A DNA stretch of 64,000 nt from Eledone cirrhosa (Eukaryota), in assembly GCA_964016885.1 (NCBI GenBank), contig OZ024741.1, positions 176,018,001-176,082,000 on the forward strand, given 5' to 3'. The position numbers and the translations under genes are program-made. Numbering within the stretch: the stretch's first letter is position 1; each line of letters opens with the position of its first letter. The notes under the pieces were generated by a model. That model was not told the origin of the DNA. It ran no database searches and worked only from the letters and a program-made list of their open reading frames with translations. This document shows, piece by piece, positions 25,580 to 41,096 of the stretch.

Positions 25580-27375
25580 CTCCTGTGTGCCGAGTGGCTT
25601 GCATCTTTTCAATGTACCGAAGTATTGACAAGCAGGAGTGATAATCACAATTTTCAAAAAACGAAACAGGAGAGGCTGTTCTCAGTAAAGGGAAACCTCT
25701 TCGGTAAATTCTATGTTACGTTTATTTTAAAGAGATGTAAACATGTTATCGATTCCAAACTAGCTAGAGAACAATATGGCTTTCGCTGCAGATCTAGCGC
25801 AGCCGACCAAATAAACGATCTGAGACAGGTCTTCCAGAGGATGTGGGAGCACTGTCAAGGAGGGGTATACTTGTTTCGGGGACCTTGAAACGTCATACGT
25901 CTGCGTTCCACAGGACTTGTGAAAGGTTCTATATGTATATTGGATCAAAAGACAGCTTCTTGTTGTCTTCAAGTTCTTATATAAATGTCCTAGTATTTCT
26001 GTTCGGATAAATGGTGCTACACAGGAAGGATGGAAAGCAAAGACAATTCAAAATGGATTTGAAAATCATGAAGAAACAACAATTTATAAGAATGAAAAGA
26101 AAAACATTATTTCGAAATTTGACAATAAAGTTGAGGAAACTCTAACAATATCTAACCGATAACATCTGGTCTTTTTCACTTTTTCCTGCTTCTTACTTTT
26201 AGTTGCCAATTGTTAACCTTTGTTCCCTTCATATCGCTCTTTGGAGTGTCGGGATATCTAACGAATTGTACGTTCATCTCCCGCCTCCCAGGATATGTGG
26301 CAGATGTATCGCCAGTTTTTACAACGTTAGATATAGTCTGCAATATATTTTCCGAATATGCCTTATTACCCCACGTGAAGGACGATGTGGTATGATTCCA
26401 GTTATTGCACCAGTCAATATTGCAGGTGTTTGTTGGTCTTATTTCTGCCAGTTACTAATGTTATACCTTTCTGACGCTCACGAAGACTAGGTTTTTTTAG
26501 GGGTGTCGTAACTCTCGTCATAACTACATCACTGAGGTGGGAGATTTTTCTTGGGAGTTAACAGTGTCTCCCATTGCCCTATTTTTCCCTGTCGATTGCC
26601 ACCCAGTTGTCTATTCGTGCGACAGGAGTTGTCCGCTTATGTCAGAACGAACCATCGTATTTGGTGGTCGTATCGCTTTGCTTCACCTGTGAACTGTTCT
26701 CTATCAGAATAGCTCTGTCGAGAAACAATGACACTCAATCAAAACCATCCAGTGAACGTATCAGACTCGGCTAGGGGTGCGTACTGTCATCTTTACTGTT
26801 CAAAATCTTAATGAACATGATTGTCATGTGCAGCCGGATTAAAAATTATATCAATTGGTTTGATATCAATCGGCTGGAATGTGCAGACAACAAGGTACTA
26901 CTTAACTCATCGGAAGTTAAATTCCGACATGCAGTTACTAGGGTTGCTGCCGAGTGCTGCTTGGCAGGAATGAAAATCAGTGCTGTGAAGATTGAGACGC
27001 TCTTCCCGTAACAAATCCTGCACAGTGCACTCTACGAGAGTGCCACTGAAGCAGGTGGTGAAGTATCTCGGAGCTCTTTTCAGGTGTGATGGAAGACAAG
27101 GACCTGAACTAAATGCAAGAATTGCAGGAGTTGCTGCAGTAATACGCCAGTTTCAACATCAATTCCTCAGAAGAATAGCGATGAATTCAAAGCCAAACTA
27201 GCTTTCTTCAATTCGGTGTTCGTGTATATCTTTAGTCATGAATATTGGGTCATATATAGTCATGAATATGATCGCAAATACAAGCGGCCGAATTGGAGTT
27301 TAACCGCGGCGTTATTGGAATAACGTTACTCGATAGATTACGTAGCACAGAAATCAGCTTGTCGCTCAAGATAGA
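25580..27375 (+). mobile_element. RTE-type LINE RT fragment interrupted at about 26020-26730 by an inverted segment resembling the family's 5' region
   Basis: EQYGFRCRSSAADQI..LRQ; GCVLSSLLF; KQVVKYLG. 26200-26400 resembles 54310-54530. Confidence 0.75.
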
Positions 27376-28308
27376 GCATGTCGACCGTGGCAGGATTTGG
27401 ATTCAGAACGTAACAGACCGTATCAAATTCAGTCAAGGTAACTTTTGCCTTTCATTCTTCCACGGTGGATAAAATAAAGTGCCAGTCAAATAATAAGGTC
27501 GATATAGTCGATATTCTATTCCTTCCAAATTTGCTGGCCTTATCCCAAAATTAGGAACCATTATTTTGGGACAGATATGATAACTAGAAAATGTGTTTTC
27601 CTAAAAACTTATAATCTTTGGTGTTTCATAAAAAAATAATAGATTTATCACATTTAGGTTGTAGAATATACATAACCATATATGATTCTGTCATGCATAT
27701 AAATATCTTCCTTCTATGTATTCTGGGTGTCAATTCTCGTTTCTCGCCTACGTTTTAGTGTCTGTTTTTATACATATCCAGATTTATATACATCAGCGCG
27801 CATGTACAGACACGTGTTGGAAATGTTTCGTAAATATACGGCGTTTTATCTTCCTTTTTCTCTATCGTGGTCCCTTTTACATGAGATTTACTATCAGTGG
27901 TCCTCACTTGCTTTTTTCTGCAGTGTCTCTTATTTTTTCTTCCACCTTCACTCTCGGCTGTTGATTTACCTTTACACCTAACTCATCTTCTCAAAAAGGT
28001 AATGCACAGAATTTCTTTCTTTTTAAAATCCTTTTTCATAACACATATGGAATATTTACGGCGTTTTTAAAAGTGTTTAAGGGAAACATAACAATAGTCA
28101 AAAAGAAAATGAATAAAACAAAACATTGAACAATGAATAGCATGACCTTTGAAAATAATGTTACGCTGATATTTGTCAAGTTATTTCAAGTAAATTATTT
28201 GTTCCAAAGTGAAACTATGATAGATAACACCTGCGGAGGAAAACACAAAATTCTCGTAACTATATAAAATAACAATGAATAAAATAAAATATATTTTGCA
28301 TCAGTTTC

Positions 28309-28649
<341 letters not shown>

Positions 28650-28734
28650 AAAGTATATTTTATATTTTATATATATATAGAGAGAGATCGTATATATTAT
28701 ATCTATCTATATATAATATAATATATATGTATGT

Positions 28735-28862
28735 AAAAGATAAACAGAAATAACAACACAATCGGTACAGTATATGGAAGTTATATATTAGGTTAACGCT
28801 TGATATAGCAGAAAGTGGGTTTTAACGTTTCAGGCGCTAATCCTTCATCAGAAGAAAGAATG
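28735..28862 (-). mobile_element. pLTR-like fragment with a minimal HHR, homologous to 30083-30208
   Basis: Minus strand reads ttctt-CTGATGA-AGGATTAGCGCCT-GAAA-CGTT-aaaa. Confidence 0.75.
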
Positions 28863-30008
28863 AGAAAAAAGATAGATTGAGGGGACGGGCGGGTTGGAAT
28901 TGGAAAAAATGTCTTTAGATAAAAAAAACAGGTCCATTCATGTTGACATCTCTTGCAAAACTGTTGGTGTTTGCGTTGAGACATAAGATTTGAACACGGG
29001 AATGCTTACAAATATATCTCAGAGTGCACACAATTTATTTGTATATATATTATTTCTTACAAGTATATCTACTTCAGGATTCTGCTTTGAATGTAACAAT
29101 AAATTGTAAATTGTAATGAAAATTAATTTTTATAAATATGATGAAATATGAAGAATAATGCAATAGAATATTGGTTTAAAGCAACTATGGAGGCTTTGAA
29201 TTCAAATTTTTCCCATTTCATCTCTTTTTGTTGTAACATTATCAAAAATATTGTTTCTGGTATTAGTGACGCTTCAGTAATCCTCCCAAATTTGAATCAA
29301 ATATTTGCAAAACTTTGAATCAAAAAGCCATTTTCAATCTAAATCTCATTTTAAAATGGATTTCCTACAAGTTCTATATGTCTCCAACAAATTATATTCA
29401 TGAACCGACATCTTCCTAAGAAATGAGATCCTTCTCAATTAAAATATACCAAATAGAGATACGGCTCACTCCTTTAACTTTCATTGGTGATCGAACATTT
29501 GATTAAGGGTGTATGGTATACTTTCATTTTATATGTTGATGGAGCTCTTTTTCGAACGCCGTATCGCTCGTTACCATTACGCTAAGGGGCTACAGTTCTG
29601 TTCTTCGTAGCTCCTTAGCCTAAAGAAAACGCACACGCATGGTATTCGAGAGAAACGTAGCCCGAATCTCACTAGGTGACATTAGCCTCTTTTTACTATC
29701 TCTAAATGTATTTTACACGATTTTCTAAGCAATTATTTATTGTGATTGACTGTTGTTACCGCTATTTTGGCGTTTGGAATTGTTACATTTCCAAATCACC
29801 GCGCGATTCATAATAATAGATAAAATTTGTTGACTTACCGCTTCACTTTGATGGCAAGTTTTTCGTGTAGACTTCTAAAAATAAACGGGAGAAAGTATCA
29901 GTGGCACCAAAGTGTAGAGTTAACACTCACACCGTATTAGAGGAATACAGAGTTCCATCTACGCAGGTGCCAATAGCCACTTATTCCCACATTCTCTTTC
30001 TCTTTTTC

Positions 30009-30085
<77 letters not shown>

Positions 30086-30086
30086 T

Positions 30087-30124
30087 TTCTTCTGATGAAG
30101 GACTAGCATCCGAAACGTTAAGAA
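30087..30124 (+). ncRNA. Minimal type I hammerhead (PLE type)
   Basis: TTCTT-CTGATGA-AGGA-CTAGCA-TCC-GAAA-CGTT-AAGAA; stem III is the palindrome ACGT. Confidence 0.8.
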
Positions 30125-30227
30125 CCTCTTCCTACTATTTCAAGCGTTAACCTAATACGTTCCTTCCATATACAGTACCTATTGTGTTGTTATTTCTGTT
30201 TACCTTTTATATACATACATACATACC

Positions 30228-30270
<43 letters not shown>

Positions 30271-30417
30271 ACATACACATACACACACATATATATATAT
30301 GTGTGTGTAAGGGCTGGCTTGCAAAATATAATTGAACAATCAACATTCAATATATAATCAATACATAGTAATATAGAAATGTTCAAACCTTACACAGGAG
30401 GCAACTCAGTCAAATAC

Positions 30418-30602
30418 TTGTTTCTACTTTAGGCACAAGGCCAGCAATTACCCAGTGCATTACTGGTACTTTATTTTATCGACCCCGTAAGGATGAAAGG
30501 CAAAGTCAACCTCGGCGGGATTTGAACTCAGATCGTAAAGGGACGTAACTATGCTTGAAAGCATGGCGTCCGACCCTCTACCGATAGTGCCAATCCACCG
30601 CC
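30418..30602 (-). mobile_element. Full-length SINE, same family as 22232
   Basis: Close reverse complement of 22232-22420. Confidence 0.85.
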
Positions 30603-33600
30603 CTCAGTCAAATACTGGGAGTAAATAATACAGAGTTTACGAAAACGTCTAGGGAAAAAGAAAGAAAACATTTATTGAGAAGAAAGAATGGAATGTAAAA
30701 TAAGAAAATATTTAAAAAACGGAAAAGGAAAGGGAAAGGCAAGGGTTCTAGTGTCACAGAAGTATGGCGAGAGTAATTGGGCTCTAGGCCTAGAGTGTGG
30801 TGATAATAGAACTTCGCTCGAGACAGAACCCCAAATGCATTCCCGCCCAACAATGGCCACTGACACCCGCTGCAACATCTACCCCACCTCGCAGGGCTCC
30901 TTCCTCAGACGGGCCGCCGACGTTCCGATCTTTTGGAAGAACTCAGCAGTGTGGAGTCCAAGTACTCCTAAGGTCTCGACGGTGACCAGTGCGAAAAGAA
31001 AGGGGCCGGAAAATCACCGGTATTTGTTTAACCCCCTTTCCTCTACATGAAAGGTCGCGGGAGCAGGGTTTGTAGCCGAAGCGACCAATGTCACCGAATT
31101 TATTTCAGCGATTTCCAGCCATGCAAATACATAAATATAAATATAAATATATACATATAAATATATAAATATAAATATATACATATTTACATGTAAATGT
31201 ATAAATATCTAGATATAAATACATATCTCTGTATATTATACTTTGAAAGGGTCACACTACCAATTAAAACACACAGACTGGTTGAATGTCACTTCAGTTA
31301 AGTAACTAGATTGTTATAAGACTCTTAATTATCAAATCTTTTTCGTCACACACCCTGTGTCTTTCTCAATACCATTTCTTGCTTCACAGTAACGGCTCTT
31401 CCAGCGCATCTCCGTTACCATCTTCCGGAGAAATGCCTTCTCCATTCTGTCCGCCGGAGCCGTGGGGAGGCCAGCACGTGGGACCCCATTTGCTCACCAT
31501 ATGGAGAGATGGCAAGGGCGAGAGAGATGGAGGCTATTACAGTGCGAGTTCGGCTGTTCCTTCATGTTTAGTTAGGTTACTATTTTCTTTTGTATATCGT
31601 CTTTCTCTGTAACTCTTCTTTGGTTTGATATGGTCCTATCTACCCTATTTCCAGCTGATCCTGCTAGCATTCAAACGTAGGGACTAAGATAAGGTTAGAT
31701 TAACGTTCGACGTATGAATTAGAAGTTGAGAATTTCAGTGTCACGTGTACTCAATGTATCAGTCAGAATTAGTGAAACTTAAAATTTAACAATACTGTTC
31801 CGTTAAATTACACGTGCAATCCATCGGACTTACTTCCATATACATTTCAACTGTCCAAGTTTACTAGTAATTCTTTGGTACAGCCGGTGTCACGGTAAAC
31901 ACAGTTATGGCCGAACTAGGGACTTGATGGCTGCGAAGCAAATTTCTTAACCACTCAGCTGCCTGCGTCAATCCAAAATTAAATGAAGGTAAATAAATGA
32001 AGCAAATTAATTTATTTTAATCTAATGAATCTAAGAATAATACTATGATAATGAAATAATGGTTTAAGATGAATTTCGATTTTGAAGATGGGATTCGTGA
32101 AACTGAAGAAAAAAATCCTAAAAATTTTAGATGTTTAGCTTTCAGAGCGACGAATTGGCAGATCAATTTGATTTGATAAAATAAAATTTTGAGACTTTGG
32201 CGGTGAATTGGCAGAATTGGTAGAGCGTCGGATGTAATACAATATCTGTTCTAGCACTTAATGTTCTGAGTTGAAACTTCACTGTGAAAATCCAATGACA
32301 CTGATGAATAGAGCTAACCTGCATATAAGAGGACCACATATAATTATGAAAGTAGCAATGAGTGAAGGGCGATTGCGGCCGCCTGTTACTTCAGTCAAAC
32401 GACAACGACAATGATGAAGACAACAATAAGTTTCTAACGATTTATTTCATTCCCAGTATTTACAAGATTTAATATTAACTTCTACTGTAAGTGCTGTGTA
32501 TTGCATTATAATATAAGGATTTATTGCTAAGTAATAAGTAATAAGTATTGGAATAATATAGCTATGTTCAGTTGACATTCTCTTATTAATGATATTTCAG
32601 AGAAGCAACATACGAATATACTTTGAAAGCTTCAATCTTTGGCCTGTACGTGCGTCACCCATAAACATATCTTCATTATAAACCCACATATAGATATAAT
32701 CGTACAGACCCGCACGCTGAATATCACCCACGTACCAACACGCACCGCCAACACACTCAAATTTGTACTTAAACATTCACTCTCATGTACCCACCTCATA
32801 CATAATATCACGCAAGCGCACACACACAAATATTCATGTATATATATATGTGTGTGTGTGTTGGTTCTATGATAACATTAGTTCATAACAAGGTCAAATA
32901 TTAATGAAGCAAAGTCTATTGAATTCTCATCGATCTTCCAGCGGTTAATAATAAACAACTCCAATAACATAGTAGAGAGGAAGAAAACAGTAATGGCAGG
33001 GAGAAACTAAGGAGGATAAAAGAATTCTCATTTGAGAATTTGGAAAATATCCTTAGATTATGAGTTTATACCCCCATTGAAGGCAACTTTACCTTTCATC
33101 ATTCCATGTTCGATGAAATATAGTAGCGGTTATGTACTGGGGTCGATATAATTAAATACCATTCCGCACAAAAAAGACATTGTGCCTAAATTTGAAATAA
33201 TTATTAGATTATATGTCACCAAATTGAGAACGCAGATACCTGAGTTGGTAAAACCTAGACAACAAACTGAGAGATCAAGCTTTCAGGCTCTACCTGTAGA
33301 TTTACTTTTCTGTTGACTTTAGTATACTTAAGATGCAAATAAGAACACCTTACCATTTCAAGAAGTAACAACACTGCAAGGTAGATAAGTGGTGGTTGTG
33401 CTGCTAATGTTTAGCTCTGTTATCCTTGACATTAATACTTTTGATGCTGAACAGCCCCCCTTCTTTTGATACAAACAATGTGTTTGAAAGCGCTTAGATT
33501 TATCTGAAACTTTTCCACCATCAGATTATAATATGTGTGTATGTATGAAGACGCGTGGCTTAGTGTTAGACCCTTTGTAAAGCTATATTCCAAACACAAA

Positions 33601-35411
33601 CCTGCCAACCTCTAAAAGCCCAAACAGGGACTACCATGAAAATAAGTGCCACTAACGGGGAGAAATGAGGCAAAATGGAGAGATTTTACATAATGAAAGC
33701 TATACCCATTTTTACAAGAGAAGACATCTCCCATTCATCCCAAAGTGGGTGGAAAATTTCACCGTCGAACGGGGAGAGTTGACAGATTTGTAAACATGGG
33801 ATGAATAATAAAAAAAACGATAAGTTATATTGCTAAATCCAACCAAATTCATGATTATTTCCAAAATATTTTTTTAATTACAGGCAGTGTCTGTAATTAG
33901 AAATATCATAACAAAAATGTTTAGAGCATTTCAACCATAACTCCTGCCATTTTGATTTATCTAAGACTACATGAACTGATGCGTGGTTTTCGTATTTATT
34001 AACGGTATGTGGCTGGTATTCCTAGTTAGTTGAGCAACCACGTACAGCTTTCTTTGTTAGAGTAATTATTGTTTCGAACCAACTCACATATTATAGCGTA
34101 GACCTATAATCGAAACCAATGCATCTATGACCATTTGGTAACTTTTAGTGCTATCTAAACTTCATTACATTAAGACAGTGGTTCTCACTTATTTTGCCTT
34201 CGTGACACAAAGGAGAGTAAATAAATAAAATAACCCGAGACATTATATAAAATGTTTAAAAAAAGTAGGCTGAGCTAAAATTTAGAAAGAATATTGAAAA
34301 TTATTCTTTACCTTGTATACTTCTGCGAAACAGAAGATTCAGTCTTTAGCTATTGTTTCGTAAACAGATTCATAATTAATCTCAATAGTTTTTTTATATC
34401 AATGAAATAACTCCAAAGACCCATAAATATGATATCCGATCTGTGAACCCTTTTCGTTGGAAGGGCAGATCTCCAACCCACTTGGGGGGGGGGAGGGGGG
34501 GAGATGTCTTCTCTTTTGAAGATGGGTATAGCTTTCATTACGTACCCCCCCCCAATTTTTGCTCAATTTCTCCCTATGTTGGGGAACTTTTATCATGGTA
34601 CTCCCCGTTTGGTTTTTAGGTGTTGGCAGATCTGTAAATATGATGTTTAAAGATGTATCAAAATAGTCAAACGGTTTTTCCTTACATTGTGAATGATGCT
34701 CTTCTATAATGGAAAAACAAAATATTTCAGGAGACAATTCATAATATTTAAGTTTTATTTTATGATCACAGGATATACGAGCCATTATTATATCTTCTAC
34801 AGGGCAGTGGCTTGGAAGTATCTCTAGAGCGTCGAACAACATACTTTCTAGCATAGAATTACAGGCCCCTGTGGTCTGAGTTCAAATCCTGCTGAGGTTA
34901 ACTTTGAATAAAGTACCAGTAATAAAGTGGAGTTGATTTAATCGACTTTCCCCTCTCCCAAATTTGTTGACCTTGTGCCTAAATCAGAATTTATTATTAT
35001 TTCTTCTACAGATAACATAAAGTCAGCACCCTTCAGGATTGCAAAGAACACGTTACGAATTCAATTAATTTCTTCAATGTATAATTGGAATAAATAAAAG
35101 ATAAATTCCTCTTCAACAGCTATGTTTATATTCGTGTTACATACATAATAAAATACTTCAAAATTTCTATACCAAGCATTCCTTTGTCAAATTAATATTT
35201 TCATCTTGAATGCTGCTTTTACCTTTTATAAATTTGAACGTATTTTTTAAAAGTGTAGGGTGTGTTTTGATGAGTATTTGGCTACCTTTTCCAGCTGCTC
35301 GATTACCACGGCAAATATTCTTGGGGATGGAGTCTTTTTCTTGTTAGATGCAGTCTTACCAAGGTGGAATATGAATCAATACAGGAGAATACACGTGTGT
35401 GTATGTCCTGC

Positions 35412-35547
<136 letters not shown>

Positions 35548-35578
35548 CATACATATATATATATGTATATATACATAC

Positions 35579-35645
<67 letters not shown>

Positions 35646-35654
35646 TATATGTCT

Positions 35655-36930
35655 CTCATTGGCCTCCTTCCGTCTCGAGCGACGATGGCTGCAACAGGAA
35701 TTTAGTCACTACCGGTTATTGCAGTTCCTGGTGTGGTTGTGTAGGCCGATGTTGGAGTGACAATCTCTACTGTATGAGGGACATATACAGGCAGATTCTA
35801 CTTGCCTTACAGAACCCGACTTTGACCTGTTTTTTTTTTATCCTCAGTGACTCAATATTATTTCTCTCTGCTTGTTTCGCCCCTCTTTGAACGGTACATT
35901 TCCAGGAACCACGCTAGTCTACAAGGCTTTCCCAGGACAGTACATCAATTCCTGCTCTTTTCAGGTCTCATTTGAATATGTCTTTAAATCTCAGCGGGGA
36001 CGCACTAGAGACCTAGATCCCACTGATAGTTCACCGTACAGCAGGTCTTTAGGAATGCGGCATTTGTCCATTCGGTGAACATAATCGAGCCAGCGAATGC
36101 GGTTTTGGCTCAGAAAGGCGAAGAGAGTTGGCAAGCCTGTACACTGAAGCACTTTAATATTTGGGACTCTGTCCTGCATATGGATTCCGAGAATGCGTTT
36201 GAGGCAACGTAGATAGGAACTGTTTACTTTCCTCTCTTCGACGGAATATGTGGTCCATGTTTCACTACAGTAGAATAGTGTGCTTAGAAGCTTAGGGCGC
36301 AAGTTCTGTAAACTTGCATCTTGATGTTTTCAGTCAAGATTTTGTTTGCACATGAGCCAAGTGGCCCTCCCAATTCTTGATTCGAGGTTATTGTAAATTC
36401 AAGATGCTGAAAACGATCAACAGAGTTGAGCTTCTGACTCTCGATGTGAATGATTGGGGAGAGTCAGTACTCCCCCACATCACTTCCATTTTCTTCAAGC
36501 TAATAGTGAGGCCAAATTTGTTACACACATGCGCGGTGTGCTCTATGAGTCTCTGAAGAGCCCGCTATGAGTGTGTCGCCAATGCTGCGTCATCGGTGGA
36601 GAGAGACTCTCTGATGGGGGCAAGCCTGACTTTCGTCTTGGCTCTGAGCCTGCCCAAGTTGAAATCCTTTCCAACAGATCTTGTGTGCAGGTAAACTCCA
36701 TTTTCGTTGCTTTGAAATGCAAAAGATATAAGCATGCAGAAAAATATGGCAAAAGGTGTTGGGGCAACAAATGCGTATTTGGAACGGGTCAGACACTGCT
36801 CCGCTATAGCACAATGTGCTGTATATGTCCTTGTAAAAGGATTCAATAATGACCAGAAATTTCGAGAAACAACTTATCTTCCTGAGAAGTGTGAACATTC
36901 CGCTCTTACTAACCAGATCAAAGATCGATG
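35655..36930 (-). mobile_element. RTE (BovB-like) LINE 3' fragment
   Basis: FYCSETWTTY...LRCLKRILGI..QDRVPN..VL; RIRWLDYVHRMDKCRIPKDLLYGEL; VAPTPFAIFF; DDAAL. Confidence 0.85.
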
Positions 36931-39679
36931 AAGGCAAGGTAGAGTGGTTTGTTTTGCTCACGGCATTTTTCCTGCAGCTGTCTGACAGAGAATATCGGCT
37001 CGGTGGTAGATCTTCCCAACCTGAAACCACACTCAACTTCACCTTTCATCCATTCAAGGTCAATAAAAAAGTACCAGTCTAGGACTGACATCGAATCTTC
37101 CTCTATATCACTTTTTCACTTCCATTTTCTCAGTCTGTATGCTTCTCCAGAAAAATATCTGCTGTATTCAGACATAGAGAGGAGATGGGCTCTGCTAGAT
37201 TGAGAAAATACCATAGAAACATTATATATCAATACGGCGCCCCTATGACTCTGCCAGGAGTTATGGATCCATACATTAAATAAATATATTGTATATAGAT
37301 GTGTTCTCAGTAGCTTTGCAGCAACAATATTCTGATTTCGATCTCACATTCCAGTGCCTGAAAAAGTTCCTTCTACAATAATCTCAGATGGATTGTACTG
37401 TCATCAGTTGATTGACTATATCCGGTCGCTGGCATAACATCACCCACTCGTCCTCTGTTGTCTTTAGCGAATCCCACTCTTTCCCAAGTATTCGAACCAG
37501 GTCTCCTGCCTGATATTTCTGCCTTCCTTTCCTCAGTCTTGGAGACGCTTTCGCTTGTGACTAAATCATAAACTTTTGATACATAAAATGCCTCTATGAA
37601 TTGAAGTGATATTTGAAAGAATCTATTATTTACATTATTTCTGTTCTCGATATCACGTGTCATATTCGTTATTTCTGAACATTTATTTTATCATTTTGCC
37701 TGTATTGAATCTGTATAGAATCTGCAGTCAAGTTTACTGCAAATTTTGAAACCCGTAAAATTAAAGAATTATCAATTTGTAAAACCGACAGCAAATTTAA
37801 AACAACATTGTAGTAGAATATCCATCAGATTAAGTCTAACATAAACAAACCATCTTGAATGCTTTTCTCTTCTAAAACACTTGGGAGACATGATTAACAA
37901 ATAGGTGCCGTCTTTCTTTTCAGATTTCCTATTTAAACAAGACATTCTGACAAAGGTTGAAGAGTTGGCAACACTTAATCAGCTTGGGGAGACTAAGGGG
38001 CCTAATATAGACATTTACTGAAATCATAGAGATAATGGCCTAGAAGCAAATTCTAGTAACAGCAGTGTTAAACAAGCCATTAGTGATTACGGAAGCATGT
38101 CACGTCGATAGTCGTCGTATTTCTTTTATTCTGATTGAGTAATAATGGAAGACACCATCCGCATCCTCACCAAACTAATGTTAACAGAATAATATGACAC
38201 ATTTCTTTGGACAACTGACATTGCCTTTTGCAGGCTATTTGCAAATGAAAGCACTCCGAAATAGAAAATTTAATTAGTTTTTAGTCCACATTTAGATGGG
38301 AATAAGAATTTGAAGGATGTTCGAGATAATGGACCTGAAATAAATGATGCTATACCAAAGAGACCGCAAAAAGGATTTGAAGTTAAAATCCTCTATATAA
38401 ATTTTTATTACGTAAATCGAATACGATAAAGGCATTACCGGCTTAATAACCTAACCGACAACTTACAAATAATACTACAACGTAAGTTTAATTACATATA
38501 CGTACACATACATTGATGCTTCCGAAGGCATATACATACGTACATACACACACACATATATATAGTTATACATATATGTATATACTGGTAAGCAATTCTT
38601 AGGAGAGCTTGACAGCAGAATAGTAACAACTCCACCCACAACCTAACGATTGAGTTCAGTACATGAAAAACCAAAGGAAGATATGAAGAGAGAAATATAC
38701 ATACCTCCACACACACACATACGCACATACACATGCCAAGAACAAATACACACACAGAAGCGTAGTAACAAGCACATGACCAGACAGAGAGGCCTACCAC
38801 AGAAAGACAAGATAAAAGTAACAAAATGACCAGAAGGAGGACGAAGCACAGAGGAAACAAATAGTCATTGAGGAGGTCACAGAATGTGGGATGAAAGAAT
38901 TTTGACGAAGCAAATAATAAGTAACAATAAAGCGTAAATCAGATAGTGCGAGTATTTTCATTGACAATATTGACAACATATGTGTGTGTGTGTGTATGTG
39001 CGTGTACAGCATTACCCCCACGCCCCAGGCAAATTGCTACTGCTGCTGTCCGGTCGACTATTTCGCAGTAAGCTGAATTCTCACACGACGGATACCAGTA
39101 TCGACATGAAATGTTAGTAGCAAGGTCGATATTTTGGGATTCCTCTCATGGATTTGCTTGCTGAGGAAGGCTATTCGTCCAGAATGTGTTGATTATTGGT
39201 TTACAATTAATCGATGATTAGCAGATTTGCTCTTTAGCCCGAAACAGTAATGTACAAACCTTTCTAATTATATATATATTCTAGCAGATTTCTATGTTAA
39301 ACAACCGAGATACTGATTTATTCAAATGATGGAAATTGGGAGTAGTTCAACGTTCAATTCAACGTTTAATTTCTTTAGTTTTCCCACAAGGGTACCTCCA
39401 CTGGACTGTTGCCTTACAACAATTTAACGTATGTATCTACTCTAGAATATTCCATTGAGCATGTTGTAAGCAACTAGATTGAAATAATCGTATATCGATC
39501 TAAACCATATGATATATATATAGGAAAAAAATAGTTAAAAAATAGTCCAGAAATAGCCATCGAAACAGCTTGAGCTCTGCCGTCGGGGTCATACTTTTTC
39601 CTATTTCCCACTCTACTACCCTAAGTATTGAGTACTCTGGTGCGTTATGGTCCATCTGGTTCCTTACCACAATTCTTTG

Positions 39680-39722
<43 letters not shown>

Positions 39723-39891
39723 AGAAAAAAGAGAATCAGTGTTGCGACCAAAGTAATCTATTGGACATATTACAATTGTTTCTCGGGCGACCAGCTCGAG
39801 GCATGATTGATGTGGTGATCAAATATATATATATATATATATAGTTAAAATAAAATCCTTCTCTTAATGCTTACCTGTGTTTTCTCTTTTA

Positions 39892-39981
<90 letters not shown>

Positions 39982-39983
39982 TG

Positions 39984-40285
39984 TATATTATTGAGTAAAA
40001 TGACATGAGGATGGACTGGTGAAATCCTTAAAGGTTTATTATAAACACTATGCACATTTGAATGGCCGGGCTCTGCAAGAAATGTGCATAGTGTTTATAA
40101 TAGACCGTTAAGGAATTTCACCAGCCTCGCCTCAAGTCATTTTACTCAATAATAATTAAGTCCGTTCTCGTACCACCAACAAGATTCGACATAAACGAAG
40201 ATGGGCGAGTGATTTTCCTAATATTCCATCATGGTTGACTATACGGAATGACCAGTTCTATCCAGTGGTGAACCAACAAACCTAA

Positions 40286-40290
<5 letters not shown>
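39984..40290. mobile_element. (TA)n-flanked fold-back element
   Basis: 39986-40059 is the approximate reverse complement of 40081-40153. The right arm starts at GAAATGTGCATA, which resembles an HHR 3' half. Confidence 0.75.
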
Positions 40291-40332
<42 letters not shown>

Positions 40333-40454
40333 AAATTAAGATAAATTAAATGAATTTAATCTAAATCAAAATTATGGATTTCATGCCATAACGGCATGCG
40401 CCATATCGCCCGGAAAATAAGCTCAAAGATTCAATCGAGTAGGTCCGAGCATTT

Positions 40455-40972
40455 TATAATAACTAGAAATTGATTAACATATATATAAACATGAATAATC
40501 ACAGGAGATAATTTTTACAAGCGTGTAACCACACATAGCTAGGTAGGTAACAACCTTTTAATATGATTAATCTTCCCTGTATATATTCCATTAAAGAAAT
40601 ATATTTCACCAATTAATCAGATGGTAAATCACGGAAGTGGATATTTTTGGATTTTCAACAAGGGAGAAAAATTTCCACCAATCCATGTTTACACTACGAG
40701 TTCAAATCTGCAACTGGCTACTACCACGTGTTGTGTTTACACATCACAGTAGCTTCGTCTCAGTGGTGTGAATAGGGTTTTCGGCAACTAGAAACAGCAG
40801 TCGATTCCTTTCAACAGAATTAGCTCTATTAAAAGGTATCTATTTTTGAAGTTCTAGTCAACTTTATTTTGTTACCTAACTATGTAGGTAACAAAAGCTG
40901 TGTGGTTACACCCTTGTAAAAATTATCTCCTGTGATTATTCATGTTTATATATATGTTAATCAATTTCTAGT

Positions 40973-41022
<50 letters not shown>

Positions 41023-41096
41023 ACTAGAAATTGATTAACATATATATAAACATGAATAATCACAGAAGATAATTTTTACAAGCGTGTAACCACACA
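40455..41096. repeat. About 80-bp segment in three alternating copies (+, -, +)
   Basis: taataactagaaattgattaac...gtaaccacaca at 40457 and 41018; reverse complement at 40899-40979. Confidence 0.9.

Noticed and set aside
30688-31050. 120-aa GC-richer ORF
   Set aside because: No motif recognised. It is probably a TE remnant but unassignable.
33600-34630. Diverged inverted pair at 33600-33790 and 34438-34630; similar case at 50660-51066
   Set aside because: Highly diverged with no (TA)n or HHR link. Most likely old MITE copies or ends.
37373-37663. 96-aa minus-strand ORF as a host exon
   Set aside because: No recognisable domain, partner exons or convincing splice pair.
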